A DNA stretch of 64,000 nt from NCBI GenBank assembly GCA_964016885.1, contig OZ024746.1:26350001-26414000 (forward strand). Direction: 5' to 3'. The position numbers were made by a program, and so were the translations under genes. Under the pieces are notes generated by a model. The model did not search any database and was not told the DNA's origin. It saw only the letters and a list, made by a program, of their open reading frames with translations. Origin of the DNA: Eledone cirrhosa. Lineage: Eukaryota. Positions 13,031 through 26,123 of the stretch are shown here, piece by piece. Numbering within the stretch: position 1 is the first letter of the stretch; every line of letters starts with the position of its first letter.

Positions 13031-16000
13031 CTCCCTAATAACCGTGTGTTTTTCATCACAGACACTGAGTCGCAGGCACGTTGTCTGATCGACACCGGCG
13101 CGGCTTGTAGCATTTGGCCGCTAAAACTTCTCAAAGAGAAGCCCCAACTCTCAACCGTCTCTCTGCAAGCAGTAAACCAGTCACCGATCCCCACGTACGG
13201 TCAGATTTCTCGTTCTTTGAACCTGGAATTGCGTAGAGATTTCACGTGGATCTTCACTGTTGCTGATCTGCCTTACCCCATCCTAGGCTCAGATTTCCTG
13301 CACCACTATAACTTGATAGTGGATATGCGCAGACGCCGGTTGTTGGATGCCAACACAGAACTGTCTGTGCCGGGTACCAGATCGACTGTCTCGTCGGTCA
13401 GCCCGGTCTTCTTTATCGCTGCTACAGAAGATCCTTACCAATCACTTTTGCATTCCTTCCCGGAATTAACAAATTTGAATTTTGTGATGAGTGAGCCTAC
13501 TCACTCCACCAAGCACCACATTGAAACATCCGGAGCTCCTGTGTTTTCGCGCCCTCGCCGTCTCTCTGCTGAGAAACTGAAGGCCGCAAGGGCTGAATTC
13601 AATCACATGCTGCAGCTCGGGATCATTCGCCCATCCTCAAGCCCGTGGGCCGCACCCTTGCATTTGGTACCAAAGCGTTCCGGTGATTGGCGTCCCACTG
13701 GGGACTTTCGCCGGTTAAATGCAATGACGGTACCCGACCGCTACCCGATACCACACATACAGGATTTTGCATCTTCGCTGCATGGATGCAACATATTCTC
13801 CAAATTGGATTTGGTCAAAGCATACCACCAAATCCCGGTGAACCCGGCAGACATACCTAAAACTGCAGTAACAACTCCATTTGGAGCGTTTGAATTTTTG
13901 ACCATGCCTTTCGGTTTGCGAAACGCAGCCAGCACGTTCCAACGATTTATGGATGAAGTTGTGCGCGATTTAGACTTCGTGTACAACTACATCGACGACA
14001 TTCTTGTGGCAAGTGCCTCACCTGAGGAACATGTCAATCACCTCCGTCTCCTGTTCGAGAGATTTCAAAAATACCAAGTGAGAATTAATCCGGCAAAATG
14101 TGTTTTCGGTGCTTCCTCACTTGTCTTCTTGGGCCATGTCATCAGCCCAGAAGGAATTTCACCACTACCTGATAAAGTGAAAGCGGTACAAGACCTCCAA
14201 CCACCCACTTCACTTCGTCAACTACGACATTTTCTTGGGCTACTGAACTATTACAGGCGCTTTATCCCACACTGTGCGGATCTCCTGTCTCCTCTGTCCG
14301 ACCTGTTACGTAACAGGAAAAAGAAGAACGATTCCATTTCATTGGACACGAATCAGCTAAAAGCCTTCGACGAAGTGAAGCGGAAGCTTGCGGAGACATC
14401 ACTGCTTGCACATCCTGTGTCTGGTGCCCAGTTTTCACTGGTTGTTGATGCATCAGGCACAGCTGTAGGTGCAGTACTGCAACAACATCACCAACAACAG
14501 TTACAACCTCTTGCCTACTTTTCTAAACAGCTGAAGCCTGCAGAAACACGGTATAGCACATTCGGCCGTGAACTCTTGGCTATGTACCTTGCAGTGAAAC
14601 ACTTTCGGCATTCACTGGAGGGTCGCCAATTTGTTATATACACTGACCACCGTCCGCTTACGTTCGCACTGCGTTCTAAGCCGGACAAATATTCACCTCG
14701 CGAAACTCGCCACTTGGACTTCGTTTCGCAATTTACCAGCGATATCCGACACATCTCTGGTGAACAGAATGCGGCGGCAGATGCACTGTCTCGCCTCCCA
14801 ATTAATTCCCTGTCATCGCCAGCGGAAATCGACCTCCAACGAATGGCCACAGAACAACCACCTCTGGATACTTTGGACCTCTCGTCTTCTGAATTTGCAA
14901 CTGGCAAATTTGCATATCTGCCTGTGCCCACTTCGGACACACAGATTATCTGCGACACCTCGACAGATGCACCTCGCCCTCTAGTGCCAGTGACTCATCG
15001 TCGAGCAGTTTTCGACACCTTGCACGGTCTGGCACACCCTGGAATATCGACCACAGTGAAGCTCATTTCGGCTAGATTCTTCTGGCCTAATATGAGGCGT
15101 GACATCACTGCCTGGACACGTTCCTGCCTATCCTGCCAAAAGTCAAAGGTGCACAAACACATCCGCGCACCCCTTGGAACTTTCAGCACTCCAGACGCTA
15201 GGTTCAGCCATGTCCATATAGATCTTGTCGGACCATGGCCGGTCAGCCGAGGATTTACATACCTCCTGACCTGCATAGATCGCTTCACACGTTGGCCTGA
15301 AGCCATTCCTTTAAGTGACATTTCGGCGGAATCTGTGGCGCGAGCTCTAGTATCGGGTTGGATATCGCGTTACGAAGTTCCAGCCACTATCACCACTGAC
15401 CGCGGTGGACAATTTGAGTCACACCTTTTCCGAGAGCTTTCAAGGATCCTGGGAATGCAACGCATTCGAACGACCAGCTACCATCCAGCTTCTAACGGAA
15501 TGATTGAACGCTTCCACCGCCAATTGAAAGCCGCACTGCGCGCTTATCCGGATCAGCAGCGGTGGAGCGAATATGTACCAATTGTCCTCCTGGGCTGTCG
15601 TGCAGCCATCAAGGAAGATCTAGGCTACTCCCCCGCCGAGTTGGTTTACGGAGTGCCTATATCTCTGCCTGGTCAGATGTTAGCTCCATTGGACCTACCA
15701 GCAACAGACCCAGCTCTGTATGTGAGCAGACTGCAATCATATTTCAGCAATCTTCCGCCTATGCACCCTCGCCAACAGACAATCAAATCTTCGGTCCCGA
15801 AAGACATTGCTTCATGGACCCACGTCTTTTTACGAAAGGACGCCGTGAGAGCTCCTCTCATGCCACCTTATACCGGTCCCTATCGCGTGCTTGAGCGCAC
15901 AGATAAGCTATTCACCCTAGACATTGGGGGTAAAAAAGAGACTGTGTCCATTGACAGGGTAAAACGGGCCTATACAGACACTCTCACACAAGAGCCCCAT

Positions 16001-16144
16001 TTTCCCCCCACATACACCTGGCATCAGCCAAGCCACAATACACATATAACATCGCACACACCTACACCTACATATGTCACCACCACACGTAGCGGTCGGC
16101 GAGTACATTGGCCCAAGAAGCTTTGCAAGACTCTTTATATATGA
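12983..16144 (+). CDS. pol: Pol polyprotein (protease, RT, RNase H, integrase) in the -1 frame relative to gag
   Basis: LIDTGA, YIDD, VDAS, HHCC zinc finger, DDE core, GPY motif; uninterrupted 1059-codon frame. Confidence 0.95.
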   Translation, partial: GKQISGDLSTAQSPLTLPNNRVFFITDTESQARCLIDTGAACSIWPLKLLKEKPQLSTVSLQAVNQSPIPTYGQISRSLNLELRRDFTWIFTVADLPYPILGSDFLHHYNLIVDMRRRRLLDANTELSVPGTRSTVSSVSPVFFIAATEDPYQSLLHSFPELTNLNFVMSEPTHSTKHHIETSGAPVFSRPRRLSAEKLKAARAEFNHMLQLGIIRPSSSPWAAPLHLVPKRSGDWRPTGDFRRLNAMTVPDRYPIPHIQDFASSLHGCNIFSKLDLVKAYHQIPVNPADIPKTAVTTPFGAFEFLTMPFGLRNAASTFQRFMDEVVRDLDFVYNYIDDILVASASPEEHVNHLRLLFERFQKYQVRINPAKCVFGASSLVFLGHVISPEGISPLPDKVKAVQDLQPPTSLRQLRHFLGLLNYYRRFIPHCADLLSPLSDLLRNRKKKNDSISLDTNQLKAFDEVKRKLAETSLLAHPVSGAQFSLVVDASGTAVGAVLQQHHQQQLQPLAYFSKQLKPAETRYSTFGRELLAMYLAVKHFRHSLEGRQFVIYTDHRPLTFALRSKPDKYSPRETRHLDFVSQFTSDIRHISGEQNAAADALSRLPINSLSSPAEIDLQRMATEQPPLDTLDLSSSEFATGKFAYLPVPTSDTQIICDTSTDAPRPLVPVTHRRAVFDTLHGLAHPGISTTVKLISARFFWPNMRRDITAWTRSCLSCQKSKVHKHIRAPLGTFSTPDARFSHVHIDLVGPWPVSRGFTYLLTCIDRFTRWPEAIPLSDISAESVARALVSGWISRYEVPATITTDRGGQFESHLFRELSRILGMQRIRTTSYHPASNGMIERFHRQLKAALRAYPDQQRWSEYVPIVLLGCRAAIKEDLGYSPAELVYGVPISLPGQMLAPLDLPATDPALYVSRLQSYFSNLPPMHPRQQTIKSSVPKDIASWTHVFLRKDAVRAPLMPPYTGPYRVLERTDKLFTLDIGGKKETVSIDRVKRAYTDTLTQEPHFPPTYTWHQPSHNTHITSHTPTPTYVTTTRSGRRVHWPKKLCKTLYI

Positions 16145-16366
16145 ACTATGTTATTTACAGCAATCTTCTTGGAGTTTGCTCCGCCCTTGTATTTGTATTA
16201 AATGTATGAACTAAGGTGAACATTACACTATTTCTGACTTTCCTGTAATATGAACATTTCTTTATCAGTGATATATTTTATTGTGTTTACTATTATATAG
16301 TACTTTTTCTTTCATTCAACTGCTACCCTTATTTCTCTGTCGGCTGTAAGCCTAAGCAGGGGGTGA

Positions 16367-16768
16367 TGTAGCAGTGAATGAAATGTATTTTCCTTCTGCG
16401 GCGGAATGGTGTTACGGAGGTAAGTTGGCTGAAGTGTGAGCCAATCGAAACCTTCGGTGCACTAATTGGACTGTCCAGAACTACGTCACCAGGTGAGCGG
16501 AGGTAACCAAGAGAGACATTAGTCTACACGCACCTCTCTTATCGACAAGACCAGGCTACACTCATCGCTGCTAACAACATCTCCATCTTGCAATGAAGCG
16601 GACCAAACTACATCCTACACATGTAGATACTACCTGTACCTAATGTATCCGTTCAACATGTACAACTAATAAATAGAGTTACAACATCGATAATGGATTT
16701 AGTCAATGTTCTAAATGCCTTCTGATTTCTATTATGTATACCAAGAATTGACCCTAAAACCCGTTATA
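16367..16768 (+). repeat. 3' LTR
   Basis: Copy of 11040-11441, preceded by aagcagggggtga. Confidence 0.95.
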
Positions 16769-17704
16769 ACCCTGGCGTCCCCTTTGTTTACGTGTCCCAA
16801 CGACTTTTTTTAGCCGTTGTTCGCACCAACCTGAGGCATATGGCCCTTAAAGCGATGAAATGCCTGGGACGGTTGGAGGGTCACTGATGAAGGACCTACT
16901 TTTTCACATGCCCCACCATTTGCAACGGGCAGCCTATTATTTTCATATTTACACATAATTTTTATTCTGCTGCCACTCGTCTGTTCGTTTTTACCCTTTC
17001 TAGCAGTCTCTTTCTCTGTTAGCCTCCTCCTCAACTTTCACTCACTCATTCTCTGTCACTACCTCTCCTCCTCCTCTTTCCTCCTCCTCCTTCAAGTTTG
17101 ACCTGTGTGTAATTCTTTTCTCGCGCGGTCTTGACCAAGCTGGTATGGAAATTTTTTTCTCTCTCTCTTTCGTCTGCGACTTCACAAAACTTACGTTTAC
17201 CGAATTCGTAGACCAGACCCCTTTATCTTCTTCTTCTTCTTCTTCTTCTTCTTCTTCTTCTTCTTCTTCTTCTTCTTCTTCTTCTTCTTCTTCTTCTTCT
17301 TCTTCTTCTTCTTCTTCTTCTTCTTCTTCTTCTTCTTCTTCCTCTTCTCTCTTTTCTCTCTCTCTTCCCCCCCCCCCCGTCAAACTTGGGCGAAATTCTT
17401 TCCTTGCTCACATTTCAACCAGGTTTGATGGTCTTTTGTCTCTTGTTCACGATTTCACCGAGTTTATATTCATAGAGATCTGGGACTTGTCTATTTCTTC
17501 TCACTTTCCGTTTCTTAAACTTTTTTGTTTGTTACCCTGGCGTCCCCTTTGTTTACGTGTCCCAACGACTTTTTTTAGCCGTTGTTCGCACCAACCTGAG
17601 GCATATGGCCCTTAAAGCGATGAAATGCCTGGGACGGTTGGAGGGTCACTGATGAAGGACCTACTTTTTCACATGCCCACCATTTGCAACGGGCAGCCTA
17701 TTAT

Positions 17705-17777
<73 letters not shown>

Positions 17778-17782
17778 GATAT

Positions 17783-19850
17783 ATCATCATCATCATCATC
17801 ATTTAACATCTATCTTCAACGCTAGCATGAGTTTAGATGGGAAATGTCCCACTTGAGGCAAGATTGGTCAGGTGACCGTGTCTCGCTCATATAGGACTGT
17901 GTGGCAGGTTTTCTATGGCTGGATGCCCTTCCTAACACCAACCATATTTACAGTGTAGACTGGGAGGTTTTTACCTACGCGGCCACATTACAGCATGGAC
18001 TGTGTGCTTTTTTTGTTGTGACACCTACATGACCTCATTTATTTTGGACTGGATGTTGTGGTACCAACATAACTTTACAGAGAAAGGGTGGTGTTTGTGA
18101 GAGTGGGAGGGTGGAGTAGCGGTAGTGGGATGGGATGTATATTTGGTTAAGAGTTGCTTACTGACTGTAGGTTTCGCTTTCTACATAGGCAAGGCGGGTC
18201 TTCTGTATTACTGCGTGGCACCAAAGATCTCGGTTCAGTGACATTGTCTTAGAGAGGTGCAAGTGTGTAAGGTTGGAATTTATCAAATCATCTCAGGTTT
18301 TCTGGGTCTACCTACTCCGTAACTTCCATCAGTTTTGATCGCCCTGCACTTTTTTATACAGCTGTCGTCTTTCATGCACATCACATGAGCATACCAACGT
18401 AGTCTTCCCTCGAGTAAACAGCATCTGATCCCTCTTATTCCTAATTTCTCACTTAGTTCATTTATGTTTACTGTTCGCATATATTACTATTACACATCCA
18501 ATGGAGCATGCATGCTTCATTCCTTTCCAGTCTGCACAGGTGCTCTGCACACAATGCCCATGTCTCACTACCATGTAACATTGTTGTTCATATACAGGCA
18601 TCATACAGTCTGCCTTTCATTTTTAGAGAGAAACCTTTAGTGGCCAATAGTGGTATAAGCTCTCTGAACTTTTTCCATCCCGTTCTGACTCTGGCTACTG
18701 TACTTTCAGAGCACCCTCCACCACTGCTGATTTTGTCACCCAGGTAACGGAAAGTGTCCACTATTTCTATAGAACCATCTGGGCAATAGAAGGAGCTAGT
18801 ATCCTGCGGGCACTTGCTACTTATTGCACCTGAGCACTGGCCACATATAAAAATCTACGTTCTTAGATAGCTTACCTGTGATCCCACTACATCTTTTATG
18901 CACCCATACTTTGCATTTGGGATATAAAATGGAATTTATGCCTACTCCTTTCCTACACACTGAGCATGGCCATTTCCCAGGGGGGACCTGTACCCTATTT
19001 TCCTTCCTACATTCTAGAACTTTAGTCTTAGACAAGTTAACTTTAAGGCCTTTTGATTTTAGACCATGCTTCCATGTTTGGAATTTCTTCTCTAGTTCAA
19101 CCATTGATTCAGCTATGAGAGTTAAATCATCTGCGTATAGAAGTTCCCATGGACAGCCAGTCTTGAACTTCTCTGTTATAGCCTGAAGGGCAATAATAAA
19201 TAGGAAGGGGCTAAGGACAGAGCCTTGATGGACACCAACTTTTACACTAAATTCTTCACTATATTCATTGTTAATTCTAACCTTGCTGACTGTTTCTTTA
19301 TACATGGCTTCTATAGCTCTCACAAGCCATTCATCTACACCTAGTTTTCTAAGAGCCCACCAGATAATAGCGCAGGGGACTCTTTTAAAGGCTTTCTCCA
19401 AGTCAACAAAAGCTAAGTATAGGGGTTTACTTTTAGCTAGGTAATTCTCCTATAGTTTTCGTACAAGGAAAAGAGTGTCCGTGGTACTTTTACCTGACAC
19501 AAACCCAAACTTCATTTCATCTAGATCAATTTGATCTCAGTTTAGTTGCGCTATAACTCTTTCTGTAAATTTCATGACCTGGTCAACTAACTTAATGCCT
19601 CTAGAGTTTCCCATATCTAGAGCATCTCCTTTACCCTTGTAGCAGTTAATGATGATGCTGCTACACCAGTCATTTGGCATGACCCCCATTCTGTATTACT
19701 TGGTTTACTATCCGGGTGACCATAGTATGTCCCACCATTGCAGATACTTTCAACATCTCAGCAACTATCTCCGAAGGCCCAGCTGCTTTGCCTGTCTTCA
19801 TATCTTTGATTGCCTTAAATATTATACTACTTTTAACTTGCACCACTTTA
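17783..19850 (-). mobile_element. RTE LINE family A, 5'-truncated and decayed
   Basis: GVHQGSVLSP, LLYADD, zinc finger; reverse-complement homolog of 34030-36130. Confidence 0.92.
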
Positions 19851-19972
19851 TATATATGTATGTGTGTGTATATGTACATGTGTGTGATTGTGTATATATA
19901 TATGTATATGTATGTGTATATATATGTGTGTGTATGTGTATGTATATATATGTATGTGTATATATATATATG

Positions 19973-20029
<57 letters not shown>

Positions 20030-20363
20030 ATATGTATATATATATATGTATATATGTATGTATATATGTATATATATATATGTATATATATTATATATAT
20101 ATATGTGTACACATCATGTGTGCGTATGCATGTATGTATATATATGTGTGTATGTGTGTGTGTGTGTATATATATATGTGTATATATATATATATGTGTA
20201 TGTGTATGTATGTGTGTGTATATATGTATGTATATGTGTGTATATGTATGTATAATTATGTGTATATATATATGTGCGTATGAGTGTACGTAGGGATATG
20301 TATATATGTGTGTATGAGTGTACGTAGGGATATGTATATATGTGTGTGTATGTGTACGTGTGG

Positions 20364-20406
<43 letters not shown>

Positions 20407-20432
20407 TATATATATGTATATATATATATATA
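19850..20432. repeat. (TA)/(TG)/(TATG) compound microsatellite
   Basis: Direct reading. Confidence 0.95.
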
Positions 20433-20444
20433 ACCACTAAGCCA

Positions 20445-20840
20445 TGTGCCTGTGGCTTAGTGGTTAGAGCATTGGCCTTGCAATCGAAAGGTTGTGAGTT
20501 CAATTCTCAGACCGGGTGATGTGTTGTTTCCTTGAGCAAGACACTTTATTTCACATTGCTCCAGTTTACTCAGCTGTAGAAATGAGATGATAGGGACTGG
20601 GGTCCATATCATTCCACTGCGAAGTGGTCGTGGAGGTGCCACGGCAAAAAAGCACCCAGCCCACACTGTAAAGTGGACGTGTAGGTGCCACGGCTAAAAG
20701 GCACCCAGCACTCACTGTAAATGAGGTTGGTGTTAGGAAGGGCATCCAGCTGTAGAAATCAAGCCAAAATCAGTTCCCGTCCCACCCTTGCAAGCAGGGA
20801 AAAGCGGACGTAAAATGAAATGATGATGAAATGATGATGA
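20445..20840 (+). mobile_element. Full-length tRNA-derived CORE-like SINE with RTE family B tail
   Basis: A box tggcttagtgg, B box gagttcaattc, MIR-CORE-like ccttgagcaagacactt...cagtttactcagctgtagaaatg; 3' end cttgcaagcagggaaaagcggacgtaaaatga shared with LINE ends at 41880 and 58450. Confidence 0.85.
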
Positions 20841-21085
20841 TTAATAAAAGGAATTCCAACTTTGTCTGATTTACTCGTTTTATTTACAATCCTTTAAAAT
20901 TATAATGATATTATAATGAAATAGTATGGTAGAATATTAAATGTTAAGTGTTAATTGAACAAGTACTTTCATACTTTTGCAATCTTCAGGTTCATATTCT
21001 GTGGTGACAGTCAAGTTTGCAATTTTCAACTGTTGAAAATTGTGTGTATATATATATATATGTATATATACATGTATATATATAT

Positions 21086-21640
21086 GTGTCTCTTGGTCAG
21101 TGTCCAAGTCTCAGACCCATACAGCAGCACAGACTCCACTACAGCAATGAAGAGGCGGATTTTCAGGTCTCTACGAAGGTCCGACATCCACACCGATCTC
21201 AAGCTGTGACACGCCGCCCAGGCCTTGCTCTTCCTCTCAACCACATCATCTTCCGTATTCCCAATCTTTGCTCCCAAATACAGATGGGTGCTACACGAGA
21301 ATGCTGAGGATGGCTCTGAACATTAATCAGTATACACTGAGGATGAAAAACTCAGAGCTGTATGGGAGCATCCCAAAAGTCAGCTCAAAAGGGACACAGA
21401 GGAGACTGAGGTTGGCTGGACATGCTCACCGACATCCAGAGTTGACATTGCACTCAGTGCTCCTTTGGGAGCCCCTACATGGACACACTAGAAGAGGAAG
21501 ACCAAGGTTAACATATGTTGATGCCCTAAGGACAGACACTGGTCTGTTGGAGATGCAGGATATGGCAGCTATAATGAGGGACAGAGACCGCTGGAGAGAA
21601 CTCGTCCATGGATCTCGGGAATTTTACCCGCCTTAGATAG
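21086..21640 (+). mobile_element. RTE-like LINE 3' fragment with inverted 5' segment
   Basis: 21086-21281 (-) encodes YLGAKIG...VLLYGSETWTLTKR; 21282-21636 (+) encodes DGCYTRMLRMALN...RRLRLAGH...RGRPR. Confidence 0.85.
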
Positions 21641-22030
21641 ATATATATGTGTGTAAGTATGTATATGTGTATATATTTGTATATGTGTATATATTTGTAT
21701 ATGTGTATATATTTGTATATGTGTATATATTTGTATATGTGTACATGTGTATATATATGTAGGGCTTTATATATATTTGTATGTGTGTGAATGTACTTGT
21801 AGACACTGAATTATAGGCATTGTTAGCTTAAGAGAACCTTAAAAATAAGGAGTGGCACCCCCAGTTTGAACTTGTTAATAGAATTCTTTCTGCCTTTGTT
21901 ACTCTATATATAGCTTTTAAAGAATTAGCTTTTTCTTCAAACCCATCAACCAATGACCTCCACCCATCCCAATCCCCACCCTCTCCTACTATCAGAAAAG
22001 ACATAAATACCACCATATTACTTGGACAGT

Positions 22031-22083
22031 CAGCTTCCTGATGATTTCTCACGAATGAAACAGTTCTAGTCCTGTAGAAGCTG
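22031..22083 (+). ncRNA. Type I hammerhead ribozyme in a solo PLE terminal repeat
   Basis: Stem I cagcttc/gaagctg, CTGATGA, short stem II, GAAA, stem III CAG/CTG, triplet GTA; the repeat ends in (TA)n at about 22170. Confidence 0.8.
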
Positions 22084-22164
22084 TTCTATATTAAATATTT
22101 ATACTCTGCTTTTGTATTGGGTACCTTACTTACTGTGGTTATCTCTAATTGAACCCGGGATAAA

Positions 22165-22200
<36 letters not shown>

Positions 22201-22760
22201 TAAGAAAATTAACAAGGCAAAATGAAAGTCAATTTTTTAAAGGGAAACCTTAAAAACTTATTTTTAGAAAATAAAAATACAAACAAGGAACATAGAACCA
22301 ATGTCATTAGCCATTGAGATGGACTTTGGCAGTTCCAACCCCCTACCAACGGTACTGCTGGTCCACCCAGGGTCACAGCATCTGACAAGCCAAACGATGT
22401 CCAGTGGAGTAAGAGCTGAGAGACAAAACATTAATTTATAGAAAAAGTGCGGTGCCTCTTATACCACGAGAGTCTCATGATTAAAACAAAGGAAAATAAG
22501 GAAGAAAAAAAGCAAGAAGTAGAAAGTAAGATATTGTGTTAAAAAATGTGAGCCATTGAAATAAATGGGGAAAGAAGAGATAACACGTTAGTCACATTAG
22601 TATTAATAAACTTAAGTAAATTAACAAAGACAGGACAAGACAATGAATGGAAACAAAGCAAAATGAAAAAAATTAAGGGGAAACCTTAAAAAATTATTTC
22701 TAAAAAATAAAATATAAACAAAGGACACAGAACTTGAGGCCATCGGCCATTAAGATGGAC

Positions 22761-22791
<31 letters not shown>

Positions 22792-22899
22792 ATACGTCTG
22801 TCTCTGTGTCAAAAACATAGAACACACTTTTTCCTCTCTGTTTTTTCTTTGCTTGTTTCCTTAAAGCTTACCATCATTCCATTGGTATACATCTATTAC

Positions 22900-23548
22900 G
22901 CAATTTACACCTGATGAGGTCACTGGATTCTTACGCAACCTGGCCACTGAAATGAGCAGATTGTTTACAGTAATAAAATATTAAGGAAATGCAACATATT
23001 TGGCCTCCTGTCATTTCACTTTATAATACATTTACTCCGTTCTTGTACCACCATGATTCAACATTGAAGATGGATGAGTTGCATAATGTCAAGTGCTTTC
23101 TCATATTACATCATGGTTAACATTGCAGAATGATCAATTCTATCCAGTGGCAAACCACCAAATTTAAACATATATATATATATATATAGGATAACAAGGT
23201 ATCATTTAAGGTAATCCAGCTGGAGGTTGTGAGTATTGTGTTGAGGATAGTTTTAACGTATGGCGTCGTTTGACTCAACAAGAAGTTTCCTTAATCGGGT
23301 GGCCGGTTTAAGAGGGTTCCTAGGCAGGTGGTTCTTGGAGTAATAATAGTATAAGAATGAAGAATAACATGGTAGGCTGTACACACCATTATTCTAATGA
23401 TTTGATCAGGCATAGACTGTAATTAAGGTCGAGTGCCATAACTTCTAACAATCAGCAGCTTTTAGACTCACCTGATTAAAGAAACAATTGTTAATATTGT
23501 AAATAAACTCTTTTGTACAGCCGACCATGTTATTCTTCCTTCTTTTAC

Positions 23549-23597
<49 letters not shown>

Positions 23598-23870
23598 TTT
23601 ACTTTTGGTGGTTTAACACTGGGTAGAACTGGTCATTCTGTATAGTTAACGATAATGTAGTAGTAGGAAAAGCACAACTCATCCATCTTTGATGTTGAAT
23701 CTTGTTGGTGGTGCAGGAACGGAGTTAAATATTAGTTTGATTAAAATGACAGGAGGTTGGACTGGACTGGTGATGTTCCCTTAGAGTTTTATTGTTGCAA
23801 AAACACTATATATATTTCAATGGCCAGGTTATGTAAGATCCTGGTGACATCATCATTGCATAATTAGTTA
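22900..23870. repeat. Two diverged copies of a ~265-bp pLTR-like repeat in inverted orientation (22900-23165 +, 23600-23870 -)
   Basis: For example gattcaacattgaagatggatgagttg versus caactcatccatctttgatgttgaatc; a further fragment lies at about 37180-37255. Confidence 0.7.
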
Positions 23871-25159
23871 CTCTATAAAGAAATTATAGCAAACACAAAC
23901 ACAGAAGATACAAGCAGAGAAAATATTTATTTCAGAGATGGCCTATGGGATAGATGTTATTGCTGCCACAAACCATCTCCGAATAACAGGCTTGTCACTG
24001 CAAAGTATTGTGGGTTTGCTCTGCGCGATTAGGATGGGTGTAAGGCTTGTGTATGTCCTCTTGTTATGGATACTACCATGCATTCAAGGCTGCCACTCAT
24101 ACAACAGCTACAGGGGTGATAGGCAAAGGATTAAGTGTAAATATCTACTGGCCAAAACCTGCTTAGTGTGACAATGGAGAAGATCGGAGGACAGAAGATA
24201 TGTTCTATGGAGGTCAGGCTATAAAAATCTATAAACTTATAAAACGTTTCAAAAAGAATATAATGAAAATTGGGTTGTTTAGTAAATGAACGAAAACGAA
24301 TTACGAAAAAATATATTTCGTACAAACTACATTAAGAAAGAAAGTATAAAATTAAAAAAATATAAAAGGTTTAAGTTAAAGAATTCAAAAATAAATAAAT
24401 AAATTAGGGGTAATTATTGATAAAATATGAATATATATTATTTATTGACTGTGTTTTGTTAAAATAATAGATCTAGTTCCCATTAATATGTGTGTGTTTA
24501 TATTGTGAAGGAAGGAGTGTGATTTGGCATTCAATAACAACTGAAATGGTGACTTCCCCTTCTTTCCACATATTCTGAAAGATTATTAATCATTCTGAGT
24601 ATATTCATATATTGAAGACGGGGAAATTTCTTTAATTTCCAAGCACTCTAGGATCAAGGACAAATATAATATAATCTTAATACTATAATATAAAATATGA
24701 AAATATAGAGATTTTATATTATGTAGCATGTATGACCCTGTGTAGTTATTATAATACAAGGGAACTATATCGAATATTAAGCAATTAGTGAATTTCAGGG
24801 GGTGGGGGGGGGTGGGGGGGGGGTAATTAAATATATATATATATATATAAATAATTAATCAATGGATGGTAAATAAGTGAAAGAGATAGTAAAATGTAAT
24901 TAATAAATGATAATGATTAATATCTCTTTGAAGCGGTGACCCTACTGAGACATGTGTTACCACATATGAGGTACAAGATAACTTGAAGGATAAGGTGTAC
25001 ACAAGTGATATCTGAAATATAGTATAATAAAACCCCAGTGCAATGAAATAAAATTAAATAAAAAATAAAGAATAAAAAAATAAACATAAAATAAAAATGA
25101 TATCGATTAATATGTCATGTGAAATCTGAGAAGTAGCTTTCAATATAAATACCTGAAAA

Positions 25160-26123
25160 AATACTAAACTATAAAGATAAAAGTTCATTCAGTACAAGAT
25201 ATAGAAGGTCATTTTAATCTCTCTTTCTATAAACTTCTTTGTCTCTCTATCTGTCTCTCTGTTCCTATGCATTCTCAAATGGATGGACAAAATCAAATCA
25301 AATTTTACAAAGTATTAGATCCCGGGAGCGCCAACGTGTAATTTTTATTGTCATTTGGATTAAAACAATATAATATTTTATCAAAAATAAACTTTCTATA
25401 GTGAACTATAGTAAACCACCACCACCACGACCACGATGACATCACATTTTATATGAGTGTGTATGTGTCTGTGAGTGTGTGTGTGTTTGTGAGTTTGTTA
25501 CATACATTAGGCCTCAGAGAATTAAACACACACACACATCTATACATACAGATACATATGTGATGACAGACAGGTGTGCGTGAATGTATGTCTGTGTGTG
25601 TCTGTCTCAGTATATGTATGTTAGTGTATGTGAGAGTGTATGTGTGATAATTTTTATTTTCATTTGGATTAAAACAATAGAAAATAACACAACCACGTCA
25701 CATTTTGTATATGAATATGTATGTGTCTGTGAGTGTGTGTGTGCATGTTCATTAGGTATGTTATTGAATGCACACACACATCTACATATACGTATACATA
25801 TGTACTAACTGTCAAAAGTGAAGTGAAAAGCAATGTGTGTGTCTGCGTGAATGTATATCTGTGTGTGTCTGTCTTAGTATATGTCTGTGAGAGTGTATAT
25901 GTGTGAATGTGTAGCAACAATTTATTCATTTGGACACCAACAAAAAATGACACAATGAAGATTTTCATTTCTAAATTCTATTATCATTACAATTTGATAT
26001 TTTTTTTATAAAATATAGATATTTTTAAATAATTATGAGAAAAAAAACATATCTTCATATTTATTGTATAGTAATCTGAATAAGAACAGCAGTAACCCAG
26101 GCAACGCTGGGTAACTCAGCTAG
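25160..26123 (+). mobile_element. Non-autonomous Helitron-like element
   Basis: 3' hairpin acccag-gcaacg-ctgggt (26095-26112), then CTAG (26120-26123) followed by T; internal microsatellite-rich tandem duplications; 5' end uncertain. Confidence 0.65.

Larger units (their letters stand above)
11040..16768 (+). mobile_element. Full-length Ty3/Gypsy LTR retrotransposon, CsRn1 lineage
   Basis: Two 402-bp LTRs, ACCC target-site duplication (11036-11039, 16769-16772), tRNA-Trp PBS, polypurine tract at 16354-16366, CHCC gag motif, intact pol. Confidence 0.97.
9651..17712. repeat. Tandem array: three ~710-765-bp units plus a 125-bp terminal repeat, bounded by (TA)n and interrupted by the Gypsy element
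   Basis: Units start with tcgcaccaacc at 9651, 10380, 16821 and 17586; the internal (CTT)n length varies. Confidence 0.95.

Noticed and set aside
13715-16108. Antisense and alternate-frame ORFs within pol, and a possible env gene
   Set aside because: Shadows of the pol frame; only ~220 bp separate the pol stop from the 3' LTR, leaving no room for env.
20449-20520. tRNA-Cys gene
   Set aside because: A and B boxes are present, but it continues into a SINE body and tail without a proper acceptor stem or terminator.
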